Program-made: the position numbers and the translations under genes
Shown here: positions 40,265-51,229 of the stretch, in pieces
How the letters are laid out: each line of letters opens with the position of its first letter
Numbering within the stretch: position 1 is the stretch's first letter
Notes under the pieces: generated by a model
The model's database searches: none
Told to the model about the DNA's origin: nothing
Seen by the model: the letters and a program-made list of their open reading frames with translations, nothing else
Source of the DNA: Bacilli bacterium
Lineage (GTDB): Bacteria > Bacillota_I > Bacilli_A > RF39 > UBA660
Assembly: GCA_017418945.1 (NCBI GenBank)
Contig: JAFOMI010000005.1
Coordinates: 1 to 62,453, forward strand
Length of the DNA: 62,453 nucleotides
Direction: 5' to 3'

Positions 40265-43200
40265 ATGATTGAAAAGCTATTAGAAATTAATGAATTTAAT
40301 AATATTGGTATTACAGGATTAACAAATGAGTTAATTTCTTTTTGCGTTTCAAATATAAATAAAAAATCAAATAGAGATATATTACTTGTTACTAATTCAT
40401 TATATGAAGCAAATATAATTTATCAATCTTTATCAAAAGTTAATAGTAATTGTTATTTATTTCCAATGGATGATTTTTTAACAAGTGAAGCATTAGCAAT
40501 ATCACCTGATTTATTATCAATAAGATTAAATACATTAAATGAATTATCTGGTGGAAAAAATAATATAGTAATTACAAATTTAATGGGATTACTAAGATAT
40601 CTTCCTAATAAAAAACTGTGGAAAACTAATATTATAAATATAAAAAAGGGTGACATAGTAAATAAAGATGAATTAACATCTAAACTTATTTCACTTGGTT
40701 ATAAAATGGAAACTACTGTTACTAATACAGGTGAATTTGCATCAAGAGGGTTTGTTTTAGATATTTTTCCTACAAGAGAAGATAATCCAGTAAGATTAGA
40801 ATTTTGGGGAGATGAAATAGATTCTATAAGATATTTTGATTCTTCTTCGCAAAGATCATTAAAAGAAATAAGTGAGATTATAATTAGTTCAAATACTGAG
40901 TTTATTAATGAAAAAAATATAGATATAGAGAATAAACAAAAGTATTTACCATTAGTAACAGATTCTGTTTGTTCAATTATTGATTATTTAGATAATCCAA
41001 TTACTATAGTAAAGGATTATAATCAATTAAAGAATTCATATGTAAGTTTAAGAAATGAAATATTCGAATACGATAAGACATTAAATGATTCTTTAGATAC
41101 AAATTATATGTTTAATTTAGAAGAAATAAATGTTAAGGATATTATCTATCTTTTAACTGTGGATAACTTATTAAATGAAAAAAAGTTAGATAAAATATAT
41201 AATATTGGTGCTAAAAATATAAATAACTTTAAATCAAATATTGAATTAATTAATGAGTTTATTAATTCATCATTATTTAAAAAGAAAACAGTTATTATTT
41301 GTTTAAATTCAGATAAAAAGATTGAAAATGTTCAAAAGTTTTTAAATATAAAATCTGTAATTACAAATATTAATGATATAAAGATAAATGAATTAAATAT
41401 TATAAAAGAAGACTATGATGAGGGATTTGAAGTTAATGACTTTATTTTTATTACTGAAAATGAATTATTTGGTCAAAAATATAAAAATGTTAACTATAAG
41501 AATAAATATAAAGCAGGAACAAAAATTAAAGATTTAAATAATTTAACTGTAGGAGATTATGTAGTCCATTTAAATCATGGTGTTGGTATATATAATGGAA
41601 TTAAAACTCTTGTAAAAAATGGTAATAAAAAGGATTATTTAGAAATTATTTATCAAGATAATGGAAAATTATTTATTCCTGTAGAAAAAATAGATTTACT
41701 TAGTAAATATTCTAGTAAAGAAGGAGCAATGCCTAAATTAAATAAACTAGGTGGTTCTGATTGGAAGAAGACTAAATTAAGAATTAAGAATAAAGTAAAG
41801 GATATTGCAGAAAAATTATTAAAAATTTCTGCCGAAAGAAGTTTAAAAGAAGGATTTGCTTTTAAGAAAGATGATGAACTTCAAAGGGATTTTGATAATG
41901 AATTTTCATATAACTTAACAAAAGATCAATATATATCTATAGAAAAGATAAAACAAGCAATGGAATCAAAAGTTCCTATGGACATGCTTCTTTGTGGTGA
42001 TGTAGGTTATGGAAAAACAGAGGTTGCCTTTAGAGCAATATTTAAAGCTATTGATAGTGGAAAACAAGTTGCATACTTATGTCCTACTACTATTCTTTCT
42101 AATCAACAATATTCAAATGCATTAGAAAGATTTAAAAATTTTGGAATAGAAATTGCTTTATTAAATAGATATACTTCACCAAGAAGAGTAAGTGAAATAT
42201 GTCATAGATTAGAAGAAGGTAAAATAGATTTAGTAATAGGTACTCATAAATTATTAAATCCTAAAATTAAATTTAAAGATTTAGGCTTACTTGTTATAGA
42301 TGAAGAACAAAGATTTGGAGTTACACATAAAGAAAGAATAAAGGAATATAAGGCAAATATTGATGTATTAACTTTATCGGCAACACCAATACCTAGAACT
42401 CTTCAAATGTCTTTAGTAGGAATAAGAGATTTAGCACTTATTGAAACTCCACCAGCATCAAGATATCCTGTTCAAACTTATGTAGTTGAAGAAAGTAATG
42501 CATTAATTAAAGATGCTATATATAAAGAAATGTCTAGAAATGGACAAGTATTTATTCTTTATAATAGAGTTGAACACATTGAGGAAAAAAGAATAGAATT
42601 AATGAATCTTATTCCAGAAGCGGATATTAGAATTGCACATGGTCAAATGTCAAAAGAAGAAATAGAAGATGTAATGAATAGCTTTATAAAAAATGAATTT
42701 AACATTTTATTATGTACAACAATTATTGAAACAGGAATAGATATACCAAATGTAAATACTTTAATTATATATGATGCAGATAGATTTGGTTTATCACAAC
42801 TTTATCAAATTAGAGGTAGAGTTGGAAGAAGTAATAAAATAGCGTATGCATATTTAATGTATGGTAAATCAAAGGTATTAAATGATAATGCGGTAAAAAG
42901 ATTAAATGCAATAAAAGAATTTACTGAACTTGGAAGTGGTTTTTCTATTGCAATGAGAGATTTATCAATTAGAGGTGCTGGTGATATTTTGGGTTCAGAA
43001 CAAGCAGGATTTATAGATTCTGTTGGATACGATCTATATGTTAAAATACTTAATGATGAAGTAAGTAGATTAAAGGGTATGGAAGTTAAGGAAGAAGAAA
43101 TAGAAAATGAAAAACCATTAATAGAAGTATCTACACATATTTCAAGTAATTATGTTAATAATGATTCTTTAAAAATTGAGATTCATAAACTAATTAATAA

Positions 43201-43561
43201 GATTGATTCAAAAGAAAAAATAGAAGAAGTTAAATCTGAATTAGAAGATAGATTTGGTAAATTAAAAGATGATGTTATTGTTTATATGTATAGTGAATGG
43301 TTTGAAAAACAAGCTAAATCACTACATATAAATGATGTAAATCAAAATAACTTATATGTAGAGTTTTCATTGAATAAAGATATAATAGACAAATTAGATG
43401 TATCAGATTTATTTGTGTATGCGTCTAATTTAACTGATAAATTTAGATTTAATTATAAAAATGATAGATTATTTATTAAATTATTATTAAGTGGATTAGA
43501 TAATCATTTCATTTATTACATAACAGATTTACTTGATTATATTATAAAAGAGATGAAATAA
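40265..43561 (+). CDS. mfd: Transcription-repair coupling factor
   Basis: 1098 aa. Has a CarD/RID region (GDYVVHLNHGVGIY), SF2 helicase motifs (GDVGYGKTEVA, DEEQRFG, SATPIPRT) and a TRG motif region. Confidence 0.95.
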   Translation: MIEKLLEINEFNNIGITGLTNELISFCVSNINKKSNRDILLVTNSLYEANIIYQSLSKVNSNCYLFPMDDFLTSEALAISPDLLSIRLNTLNELSGGKNNIVITNLMGLLRYLPNKKLWKTNIINIKKGDIVNKDELTSKLISLGYKMETTVTNTGEFASRGFVLDIFPTREDNPVRLEFWGDEIDSIRYFDSSSQRSLKEISEIIISSNTEFINEKNIDIENKQKYLPLVTDSVCSIIDYLDNPITIVKDYNQLKNSYVSLRNEIFEYDKTLNDSLDTNYMFNLEEINVKDIIYLLTVDNLLNEKKLDKIYNIGAKNINNFKSNIELINEFINSSLFKKKTVIICLNSDKKIENVQKFLNIKSVITNINDIKINELNIIKEDYDEGFEVNDFIFITENELFGQKYKNVNYKNKYKAGTKIKDLNNLTVGDYVVHLNHGVGIYNGIKTLVKNGNKKDYLEIIYQDNGKLFIPVEKIDLLSKYSSKEGAMPKLNKLGGSDWKKTKLRIKNKVKDIAEKLLKISAERSLKEGFAFKKDDELQRDFDNEFSYNLTKDQYISIEKIKQAMESKVPMDMLLCGDVGYGKTEVAFRAIFKAIDSGKQVAYLCPTTILSNQQYSNALERFKNFGIEIALLNRYTSPRRVSEICHRLEEGKIDLVIGTHKLLNPKIKFKDLGLLVIDEEQRFGVTHKERIKEYKANIDVLTLSATPIPRTLQMSLVGIRDLALIETPPASRYPVQTYVVEESNALIKDAIYKEMSRNGQVFILYNRVEHIEEKRIELMNLIPEADIRIAHGQMSKEEIEDVMNSFIKNEFNILLCTTIIETGIDIPNVNTLIIYDADRFGLSQLYQIRGRVGRSNKIAYAYLMYGKSKVLNDNAVKRLNAIKEFTELGSGFSIAMRDLSIRGAGDILGSEQAGFIDSVGYDLYVKILNDEVSRLKGMEVKEEEIENEKPLIEVSTHISSNYVNNDSLKIEIHKLINKIDSKEKIEEVKSELEDRFGKLKDDVIVYMYSEWFEKQAKSLHINDVNQNNLYVEFSLNKDIIDKLDVSDLFVYASNLTDKFRFNYKNDRLFIKLLLSGLDNHFIYYITDLLDYIIKEMK

Positions 43562-43577
43562 TTTCATCTCTTTTTTT
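43550..43577 (+). terminator. Intrinsic terminator after mfd
   Basis: GAGATGAAAT/ATTTCATCTC inverted repeat spanning the stop codon, followed by T7. Confidence 0.65.
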
Positions 43578-43618
43578 ATGTTATATGATATAATACATAT
43601 ATAATATAGGAGGTAATT

Positions 43619-44086
43619 ATGAGAAAATTTGAAAGAATAAGTGAAGCAGAATTTGAAAAAGTTCTAAAAGATAAATGTGATTATGAGGATATTAAATTAC
43701 CAGAAAGATCAACTAAACATTCAGCAGGATATGATTTTATAAGTCCATTTGATTTTGAATTAAATCCAGGAGAAACAATTAAAGTTCCATCTGGAATTAA
43801 AGTATGTATGAATGAAGATGAATATTTAGCTATATTAGTAAGAAGTAGTATGGGATTTAAATATAATATTAGATTATGTAATCAAGTAGGAATTATTGAT
43901 TCAGATTATTACAATAATCCTGATAATGAAGGACATATGTTTATTGCTTTAAAAAATGAAGGGGAAAAAGTTTTTAAAGTAGAAAAAGGTGGAAAATATG
44001 CACAAGGTATTTTTCAAAAATTCTTATTAACAGATGATGATGAGGCAAGCGGTGAAAGAAAAGGTGGATTTGGTTCTACTAATTAA
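43619..44086 (+). CDS. dut: dUTP diphosphatase (trimeric dUTPase family)
   Basis: Has dUTPase motifs (AGYDF, RSS, GIIDSDY) and a C-terminal RKGGFGST. Confidence 0.85.
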   Translation: MRKFERISEAEFEKVLKDKCDYEDIKLPERSTKHSAGYDFISPFDFELNPGETIKVPSGIKVCMNEDEYLAILVRSSMGFKYNIRLCNQVGIIDSDYYNNPDNEGHMFIALKNEGEKVFKVEKGGKYAQGIFQKFLLTDDDEASGERKGGFGSTN

Positions 44087-44136
44087 TAATTAAAAGATTA
44101 TACTAATTATGGTATAATCTTTTTAGGTGAAGAAAA

Positions 44137-44886
44137 ATGTTAGATACTCATTGTCATGTATATAAAGAAGAAATGAATAATTATATAGAAATAATTGAAG
44201 AATGTAATAGAAATTCTATTTCAATGATAATTAATGCAGTTGATATTGAATCAAGTAAAGAAATAATTGATTTATCAAAGAAATATAATAATGTATATGC
44301 TTCAATTGGTATAAATTATGATAGTATAGATAAGGCAATTGAAAAAGATTTAGTTCTTCTTGAAGATTTAATAAAAAAAGAAAAAGTAGTTGCACTTGGT
44401 GAAATAGGTTTGGATTATTATTGGACTAAAGATAATAAAGAAAAACAAATTACATTTTTTAAAAAGCAATTAGAACTTGCAAAAAAATATGATTTACCTG
44501 TTATAGTGCATGCAAGAGAATCTATTCAAGATGTATATGATATATTAAAAGAAAGTAATGTTAGAAAAGGATCATTACATTGTTTTTCAGGAAGTTTAGA
44601 AATGGCAAAAGAATTTATAAAACTAGGTTTTAAAATTGGAGTAGATGGACCAATTACATATAAGAATAATAAAAAAGGAATAGAAATTATTAAAAACATA
44701 GATTTAAAAGATATACTAATTGAAACAGATAGTCCTTATCTATCACCTGAGCCAAATAGAGGTAAACAAAATAGTCCTCTTAATTTAAAATATATTGTGG
44801 AAAAAATATCAGATATTAAAGAAATAAGTAAAGAAGAAGTAATAAAAGTTACAACTAATAATGCTAAGGAGTTATTTAGAATATGA
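44137..44886 (+). CDS. tatD: TatD-family metal-dependent DNase/hydrolase
   Basis: Has DTHCH at the N-terminus, GEIGLDY, VHAR and ETDSPYL. Confidence 0.9.
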   Translation: MLDTHCHVYKEEMNNYIEIIEECNRNSISMIINAVDIESSKEIIDLSKKYNNVYASIGINYDSIDKAIEKDLVLLEDLIKKEKVVALGEIGLDYYWTKDNKEKQITFFKKQLELAKKYDLPVIVHARESIQDVYDILKESNVRKGSLHCFSGSLEMAKEFIKLGFKIGVDGPITYKNNKKGIEIIKNIDLKDILIETDSPYLSPEPNRGKQNSPLNLKYIVEKISDIKEISKEEVIKVTTNNAKELFRI

Positions 44887-45692
44887 ATCAAGAATTAATA
44901 AAAGATTATAATTTTAAGAAAAAATTTGGTCAAAATTTTTTAAAAGATGAAAATATATTAAGAAATATAATTACTAAATCAGAAGTAGATAAAGATACAT
45001 TAGTTATAGAAATAGGGATAGGAGCAGCATATTTAACTTATTATTTGAGTGAAACTTCTAAAAATGTACTAGGTTATGAAATAGATGAAACTTTAAAAGA
45101 TATAATAGATGAACAATTAAAAGATAAAGATAATGTGGAAATAATATATAATGATTTTTTAAAAACTAATCCAATTGATGATATAAAAAAATATGATTTT
45201 AAAAAATTATATGTAATTGCAAATTTACCATATTACATAACAACACCAATAATTACTAAGTTAATAGAAGATAAGTTACCTATAGAAAAAATAGTAGTTA
45301 TGGTTCAAAAAGAAGTTGGAGATAGATTTAATGCTAAACCTAATTCAAAAGAGTATAATTCATTAACTATATTTTTAAATTATTATTTTGAAATAAGAAA
45401 ATTAATGGATGTATCTAGAAATTCATTTGTACCAAAACCAAATGTAGATAGTGCAATAATAGAATTTAAAAGAGTAAATAAGTATAAAGCAAATAATGAA
45501 GAATTATTTTTCAAGATTGTTAGAGATTCTTTTAAATTTAAGAGAAAGAATCTTAGAAATAATTTAAAAGGATATGACTTAGATAAAATTAATATAATTT
45601 TAAATAAAATTGGAAAAGATTTAACAGTTAGAGCAGAAGCTTTAACAATAGATGATTTTATATTTATTAGTAATAATTATGAAGAAGATTAA
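44883..45692 (+). CDS. rsmA: 16S rRNA (adenine1518/1519-N6)-dimethyltransferase
   Basis: KsgA motifs are present (KKKFGQNFL, EIGIGAAYLT, NLPYYITTPI). Confidence 0.93.
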   Translation: MNQELIKDYNFKKKFGQNFLKDENILRNIITKSEVDKDTLVIEIGIGAAYLTYYLSETSKNVLGYEIDETLKDIIDEQLKDKDNVEIIYNDFLKTNPIDDIKKYDFKKLYVIANLPYYITTPIITKLIEDKLPIEKIVVMVQKEVGDRFNAKPNSKEYNSLTIFLNYYFEIRKLMDVSRNSFVPKPNVDSAIIEFKRVNKYKANNEELFFKIVRDSFKFKRKNLRNNLKGYDLDKINIILNKIGKDLTVRAEALTIDDFIFISNNYEED

Positions 45693-45732
45693 ACATCTTC
45701 TTTTTTTATACATATAATATATTGGTGATATT

Positions 45733-46494
45733 ATGATAAAAAAGGGAGATTTTGTATCTAGAAATAAGTACAATAATGATTATATTTTTAAAGTTATTGA
45801 TATAAGAAATAATATATATTATTTATCAGGAGTTAATATAAGATTACTAGCAACTTCTTATGAAGAAGATTTAAAGCTAGAAATAAAAGAAGATAGATTG
45901 GAAGATGAGGATTTAGCAAATAGAATTATTAGTAATACAGATATAAATAAGGAAGAATTTTTTTATTTACCTGGAAAAATATTACATATAGATGCTGATG
46001 AAGATTATTTAAGAAGATGCTTAAAATTTTATAAAAAAGTTGGTTTAGAAGCATATGGTGTATTAGAACAAGAAGAAGATTTATCAAAGAGAATAAGTAT
46101 ATTTTTAAAAGATATTAAACCAGATATTGTTGTTATAACTGGACACGATGTTTTTTATAAGAATAAAAAGGGATATATGAATAGTAATTATTTTTCGGAT
46201 GCTATTAAAGAAGCAAGAAAATATGAAAAGTCTTATGAAAAATTAAAAATAATAGCAGGAGCATGTCAATCTGATTTTGAAAAATTAATAAAATCGGGTG
46301 CAAATTTTGCTTCAAGTCCTAAAAGAATAAATATTCATGCACTAGATCCAGCTATAATTGCGTCTGTAATTGCGTTAACAGAAAATACCAAGGAAATAGA
46401 TTTAATAAAGACTTTAAATAAGACAAAATGCGGTCCTGATGGGATAGGAGGAATTAGATGTTATGGAAGCATGTTTGTTGGATATCCAAAATGA
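45733..46494 (+). CDS. yabG: Sporulation-specific peptidase YabG
   Basis: 253 aa with an ILHIDAD...VVITGHD...GACQS core, as in the YabG (U57) family. It lies downstream of rsmA, as in Bacillus. Confidence 0.8.
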   Translation: MIKKGDFVSRNKYNNDYIFKVIDIRNNIYYLSGVNIRLLATSYEEDLKLEIKEDRLEDEDLANRIISNTDINKEEFFYLPGKILHIDADEDYLRRCLKFYKKVGLEAYGVLEQEEDLSKRISIFLKDIKPDIVVITGHDVFYKNKKGYMNSNYFSDAIKEARKYEKSYEKLKIIAGACQSDFEKLIKSGANFASSPKRINIHALDPAIIASVIALTENTKEIDLIKTLNKTKCGPDGIGGIRCYGSMFVGYPK

Positions 46495-46563
46495 TTTGTA
46501 AAATTTGACAAATATAGCATGTTGTGTTAATATATGACTCGTTTATTCAAAGGGGGATATATT

Positions 46564-47865
46564 ATGAAGATTAGAAAATATGACTCAATCCTATTAGAAA
46601 TTGAAGAATTATCAAAGGATGAAATTGCCAATGGTAAAAGATTAAAGGAATTAGCAGAATTATTAGATAGTCAAAGAAAATTTATTAATAATTTTAATAT
46701 GAATGAAATTAAAGAATCATTAAAAGAATGTAATACTTATGAAGAATATAATGCATATAAGAATTTATTAAAAGAAAAGAAAACTTATATGAATAATGAT
46801 GAAAAAATAAATGCAATTCTTGAAGGTAATTATAAAGCTGCTAATAATAAAAGAAAATTAACTTTAAAAAAGGGTTTAAAAACAATAGGAATTCTTGGTT
46901 TAGGAACTGCTCTTGGAATTTCTTTATTTAGTTGTGTTATTAATAAGGGTAAAAATAAAGATAAACGTATTGATGGAGTAGTAAAAGAATATAATGATGA
47001 AGAAACTATAAATAATAATGCTACTTATGATAATAATACTAATAGTATTAATAATAAAGAAACTAATAAAGATTTTAAAAATTCTAAGAATATAAATAAA
47101 GATCAAAAAGAAAATACAACTGAAAAGAAAAAAGATGATGTTTCTAATAATAATGTTAATAAGACAAAAAAAGGATTAAAACCAAAAGATGAAACAACTA
47201 TAACTACTGATAATTCAGATAAAACAAGAACTGTGACTGGATATACAGGAAAACCTGTTGAAAAGATTTTAAAAGAAAATGTAGAAGTTAATACTGATGG
47301 AAAATTACCTATTGAACCATCTGTAACTATAATTGATAATACAAAAGAAAATAATAAAAAAGATACTTATGTTGAAGAAACTAATACAGAAAAATTACCT
47401 CCAATCACTAATGTAGAAGGAAATAATGAAATTACTCATGAAATTCCTAATAATAATACTGGTGAAAAGGAATATGATAAAGAAGATATCGATAAAAAAG
47501 ATACAGTTGTAGAAGAAAAAAATACTGAAGAATTACCTCCAATTAGTGTAGTTGAAGGAAATGATGAAAAAACTTATGATGTAATTAATAAAGATTCTTG
47601 TGATTCAATAAGAGAATATGAAGTAATTGAAGATAATACATTTGATTTACCATCACTTGATAATGTAGATGAAGCATCTTACATAGAAGATAGTAAAATT
47701 GAAAATTATACAGTTACTGATTTTACAGAAATAGAAAACATTTATTATGAAGATAATAATTATGAATTACCATCATTTGATAATGTAGAAGAAGATTATA
47801 CTGAAGAATTACCATCAAGTATAGAATCAAATGGTAAAACATACAGTATTAAGTATGGTATGTAA
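46564..47865 (+). CDS. Hypothetical bitopic membrane protein with Asn/Lys/Glu-rich repeat ectodomain
   Basis: The start is the ATG at 46564 after AAGGGGGA. It has an N-terminal helical region of about 110 aa, one TM helix (TIGILGLGTALGISLFSCVI), and a low-complexity region with repeated (E/D)LP(P/S) motifs. I recognise no family. Confidence 0.6.
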   Translation: MKIRKYDSILLEIEELSKDEIANGKRLKELAELLDSQRKFINNFNMNEIKESLKECNTYEEYNAYKNLLKEKKTYMNNDEKINAILEGNYKAANNKRKLTLKKGLKTIGILGLGTALGISLFSCVINKGKNKDKRIDGVVKEYNDEETINNNATYDNNTNSINNKETNKDFKNSKNINKDQKENTTEKKKDDVSNNNVNKTKKGLKPKDETTITTDNSDKTRTVTGYTGKPVEKILKENVEVNTDGKLPIEPSVTIIDNTKENNKKDTYVEETNTEKLPPITNVEGNNEITHEIPNNNTGEKEYDKEDIDKKDTVVEEKNTEELPPISVVEGNDEKTYDVINKDSCDSIREYEVIEDNTFDLPSLDNVDEASYIEDSKIENYTVTDFTEIENIYYEDNNYELPSFDNVEEDYTEELPSSIESNGKTYSIKYGM

Positions 47866-47882
47866 TTAAGGGGGCTTAAACA

Positions 47883-49046
47883 ATGGAAAGATTTAAAATA
47901 GATATAAATAAATCAAAATTAAGTATTGTAGGTCTAGCTTTAGCATTAGGACTTACAGGATGTAATAGTAATAAAGTTAGAAATGATTTAGCAGTTAAAG
48001 AAGATACAAGTGCATCAAAATCTACTGAAGTTTCAACTGAATATTCAACTGAAATAGTTACTAGTGAAGAATTAAATATAAATGATAATGCTTCTATTGA
48101 AAAAGTTTTAGATGAAAACTATAGTGATTATATGGATTTCTATAATGAAGTAGGTATGAGTAAGGATGATTTAAGAGACGTTATATTTATAATTAATGAT
48201 AAATATCAAGATGAAGATGGAAACTTATTAGTAGATGAAGAAAGAGTTCACAATGCTTATTCAAATTTAAATCAAATGCTTGTTAATACTTCAGTTCTTC
48301 AATCAATGGATAATATTAATACAATTGAAATGGATGAAGAAATTGGAAAACAAATAGATAATAGTTGGGATATTAAAACTCATCCAACTATTGTACCTCT
48401 AATTGATAAAAATATTTCTGGTGGTATTGCAACAGCTGAAAAAATTAAGGAATTTGAAGAATTAAGAAATCATGTTATAGAAGAAATGAATACTAATAAT
48501 AAAATTGATAAAGAAACAATTAACTCATTTGTTAAAAAAATGGAAATAGATGATTATAATACTAATAGTGATAATCTTGGAAAAGTAAGAAAAAATGGTC
48601 AAAAATATTTATTAGCTGATTCAAAATTAAGAGTTCTTTATTTAGCAGCTATAGCTAATCCAAAAACTATTTATTTAGAAGGTTATGAAGGAATTGATAA
48701 GAATATTAAAATAAATCCAACAAGTGAAGAAAGATTCTTAAAAAATGATATTTTAACATTAGTTCAAGAAGGTATGCTTAATGGACAAGCTGTTGATGCT
48801 ATTCTAGAAGATAGTGAAAAGGGTTCCTTAGCATATACTCCTGAAGAACAAGAAATAATTAATAATTATGGATTATCTAACGATCAATTAAGATTAGTTT
48901 TAAGTTATGCTCATTATTTAACTACAATGGCTTATTATAAATATGATAAAATGACTTGTAGTGCAGAAGCAAAAACAATTAATACTATTGAAAGTATCAA
49001 AGAATATAGTAATAGTATGTCTAAACAATATAAAAAAGAACAATAA
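47883..49046 (+). CDS. Hypothetical lipoprotein
   Basis: Has a lipobox (LALGLTGCNS) and a good SD (AAGGGGG). 387 aa, and I recognise no family. Confidence 0.65.
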   Translation: MERFKIDINKSKLSIVGLALALGLTGCNSNKVRNDLAVKEDTSASKSTEVSTEYSTEIVTSEELNINDNASIEKVLDENYSDYMDFYNEVGMSKDDLRDVIFIINDKYQDEDGNLLVDEERVHNAYSNLNQMLVNTSVLQSMDNINTIEMDEEIGKQIDNSWDIKTHPTIVPLIDKNISGGIATAEKIKEFEELRNHVIEEMNTNNKIDKETINSFVKKMEIDDYNTNSDNLGKVRKNGQKYLLADSKLRVLYLAAIANPKTIYLEGYEGIDKNIKINPTSEERFLKNDILTLVQEGMLNGQAVDAILEDSEKGSLAYTPEEQEIINNYGLSNDQLRLVLSYAHYLTTMAYYKYDKMTCSAEAKTINTIESIKEYSNSMSKQYKKEQ

Positions 49047-49161
49047 TAAGAGATAAAAGAGGTTATATAATATAATCTCTTTTTTTTCTAGATTCTTTAT
49101 GATAAAATAAGGTTATATATATGAACTTATTGTCATAATATGTAATAAATTGGAGGTTTAT

Positions 49162-50412
49162 ATGCGTAAATTAATTATTAAAGGTCAAAATTTATTAGAA
49201 GGAGAAGTAAATATTAGTGGAGCAAAAAATAGTGCAGTAGCTTTAATTCCAGCTGCTTTATTAAGTGATGAAAAAGTTGTTTTAACTAATGTTCCAAATA
49301 TTTCAGATGTTGACGCTTTAGAAGAAATATTATTATATTTAGACGCCAAAATAGATAGAACAAATGATAATAAAATTACTATATACTCAAGTGAAATTAG
49401 TAATAAACCAATACATGCAGATTTAGCTAAAAAATTAAGAGCTTCATATTATTTTATGGGTGCAATGCTTGGAAAATATAAACATGTTGAAATGAGTTTT
49501 CCTGGAGGATGTTCAATTGGTAAAAGACCTATAGATTTACATTTAAAAGGATTTAAAGCTTTAGGTGCAAAGATAACAGGTGATGAAGAAAATATTATTA
49601 TAGATGCTGATAAACTAGTAGGAACAGATATTTATTTAGATTTTGCATCAGTAGGTGCTACTATTAATATTATGCTTGCTGCAGTTAGAGCAAAAGGTAA
49701 AACTGTAATAAAAAATGCTGCAAAGGAACCTGAAATACCTAATATAGCTGAGTTATTAAATAAAATGGGAGCAGATATAAAGGGTGCAGGAACAAATGTT
49801 ATTACTATAAATGGTGTAGAACATCTAGGATCTTGTGAACATAGAGTTTTACCAGATAGAATAGAAGCAGGAACATATGCAATTATAGGAGCAGCTTGTG
49901 CTAGTAATTTAAGAATTAATAATATAGTTCCAGAACATATTGATTCATTACTTGAAAAATTAAAAGAAATGAATGTTAATATAAAAGTTGGTAAAGATTA
50001 TCTAGTTATAAAAGAAAGTAAAAAGATAAAAGCAACAGAAATAATTACACTAGTTTATCCTGGCTTTCCAACAGATTTACAACAAGTTTTAGCTTCATTA
50101 ATGACTAAAGCAAAGGGTGAATCTACTATTGAAGAAACTATTTGGGAAAATAGATTTTTAAATTTATATGAACTTGGAAAAATGGGAGCTAAGATTGATG
50201 TTAATGGTAAAAAAGCGTCAATTATTGGTCCAACTAAATTAATAGGAACAGAAGTTAATGCAACAGATTTAAGAGCTGGTGCTGGATTAATAGTTGCAGC
50301 TTTAATTGCTGAAGGAACTACAACTATTAATAATGCAGATTATATTTTAAGAGGATATGAAAATATTGTGGAAAAGTTATGTAATATAGGAGCAGATGTT
50401 ATATTACAATAA
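49162..50412 (+). CDS. murA: UDP-N-acetylglucosamine 1-carboxyvinyltransferase
   Basis: Contains GEVNISGAKNSAVALIPAALL and a catalytic loop (FPGGCSIGKRPIDLH). The start is the ATG at 49162, since the track TTG at 49150 lies inside the SD (TGGAGG). Confidence 0.96.
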   Translation: MRKLIIKGQNLLEGEVNISGAKNSAVALIPAALLSDEKVVLTNVPNISDVDALEEILLYLDAKIDRTNDNKITIYSSEISNKPIHADLAKKLRASYYFMGAMLGKYKHVEMSFPGGCSIGKRPIDLHLKGFKALGAKITGDEENIIIDADKLVGTDIYLDFASVGATINIMLAAVRAKGKTVIKNAAKEPEIPNIAELLNKMGADIKGAGTNVITINGVEHLGSCEHRVLPDRIEAGTYAIIGAACASNLRINNIVPEHIDSLLEKLKEMNVNIKVGKDYLVIKESKKIKATEIITLVYPGFPTDLQQVLASLMTKAKGESTIEETIWENRFLNLYELGKMGAKIDVNGKKASIIGPTKLIGTEVNATDLRAGAGLIVAALIAEGTTTINNADYILRGYENIVEKLCNIGADVILQ

Positions 50413-50514
50413 AAATATAACTTTTACTTGCAATAAATAATTTAAGTTGTTATAATATAATAGATTTTTAAAAAATTCTATAACTTTTAGTTATGGCGAG
50501 AGGAGAGAATAATA

Positions 50515-50727
50515 ATGGCAAAGGAAAATAAAGAAATATATCAAGATTGCAAAGTAATTTGTGCTTGTGGTGCAACATTTGATACAAAATCAACTAAAAA
50601 TGAAATTCACGTTGAAGTATGTTCTGAATGTCATCCATTCTATACTGGAAAACAAGTTAGAACTTCTAAAAAAGGTAATGTTGAAAAATTTAATGCTAAA
50701 TATGGATTAAATAAAGAAGAAAAATAA
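50515..50727 (+). CDS. rpmE: 50S ribosomal protein L31 (Zn-ribbon type A)
   Basis: 70 aa with CxC...CxxC (CACG...[10 protein letters not shown]). TTGCAA-N17-TATAAT lies upstream (about 50438-50466). Confidence 0.93.
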   Translation: MAKENKEIYQDCKVICACGATFDTKSTKNEIHVEVCSECHPFYTGKQVRTSKKGNVEKFNAKYGLNKEEK

Positions 50728-50772
50728 TTAGACTTATGTCTAATTTTTTTGTATAATAAAATTGGTGATAAT

Positions 50773-51207
50773 ATGAAAGTAGCTATTGCCTCTGATCATA
50801 GAGGATTTGAATTAAAAAAATATATAATAAATAAAATGAAAGATGTAGAATTTGTAGATTTAGGAACTAATAGTATCGAGTCTACAGATTATCCTATATA
50901 TGCTTTTAAATTAGGAGAGTATGTAACTAATAATAATTGTTTTGGTGTAGCAATTTGTGGTAGTGGTATAGGTATTTCAATAGCATGTAATAAAGTAAAA
51001 GGTGTTAGATGCGCAAGGGTTAGTTCTATAAAAGATGCAATAGTAACAAGGGATGATAATGATTCAAATATAGTTGCATTTTCATCTGCAATTTCAAAAA
51101 GGAAAGCAGTAAAAATTATTCGTTCATTTATAAATGAAGAATTTAAAAAAGCACCAAGACATGTAAAAAGAATTAATCAAATTAATGAATATGAAAGAAG
51201 TAATTAA
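50773..51207 (+). CDS. rpiB: Ribose-5-phosphate isomerase B
   Basis: MKVAIASDHRGFELK and ICGSGIGISIACNK indicate the LacAB/RpiB family. The start is the ATG at 50773. Confidence 0.9.
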   Translation: MKVAIASDHRGFELKKYIINKMKDVEFVDLGTNSIESTDYPIYAFKLGEYVTNNNCFGVAICGSGIGISIACNKVKGVRCARVSSIKDAIVTRDDNDSNIVAFSSAISKRKAVKIIRSFINEEFKKAPRHVKRINQINEYERSN

Positions 51208-51229
51208 CATATAATTAAATGGTGATTAT

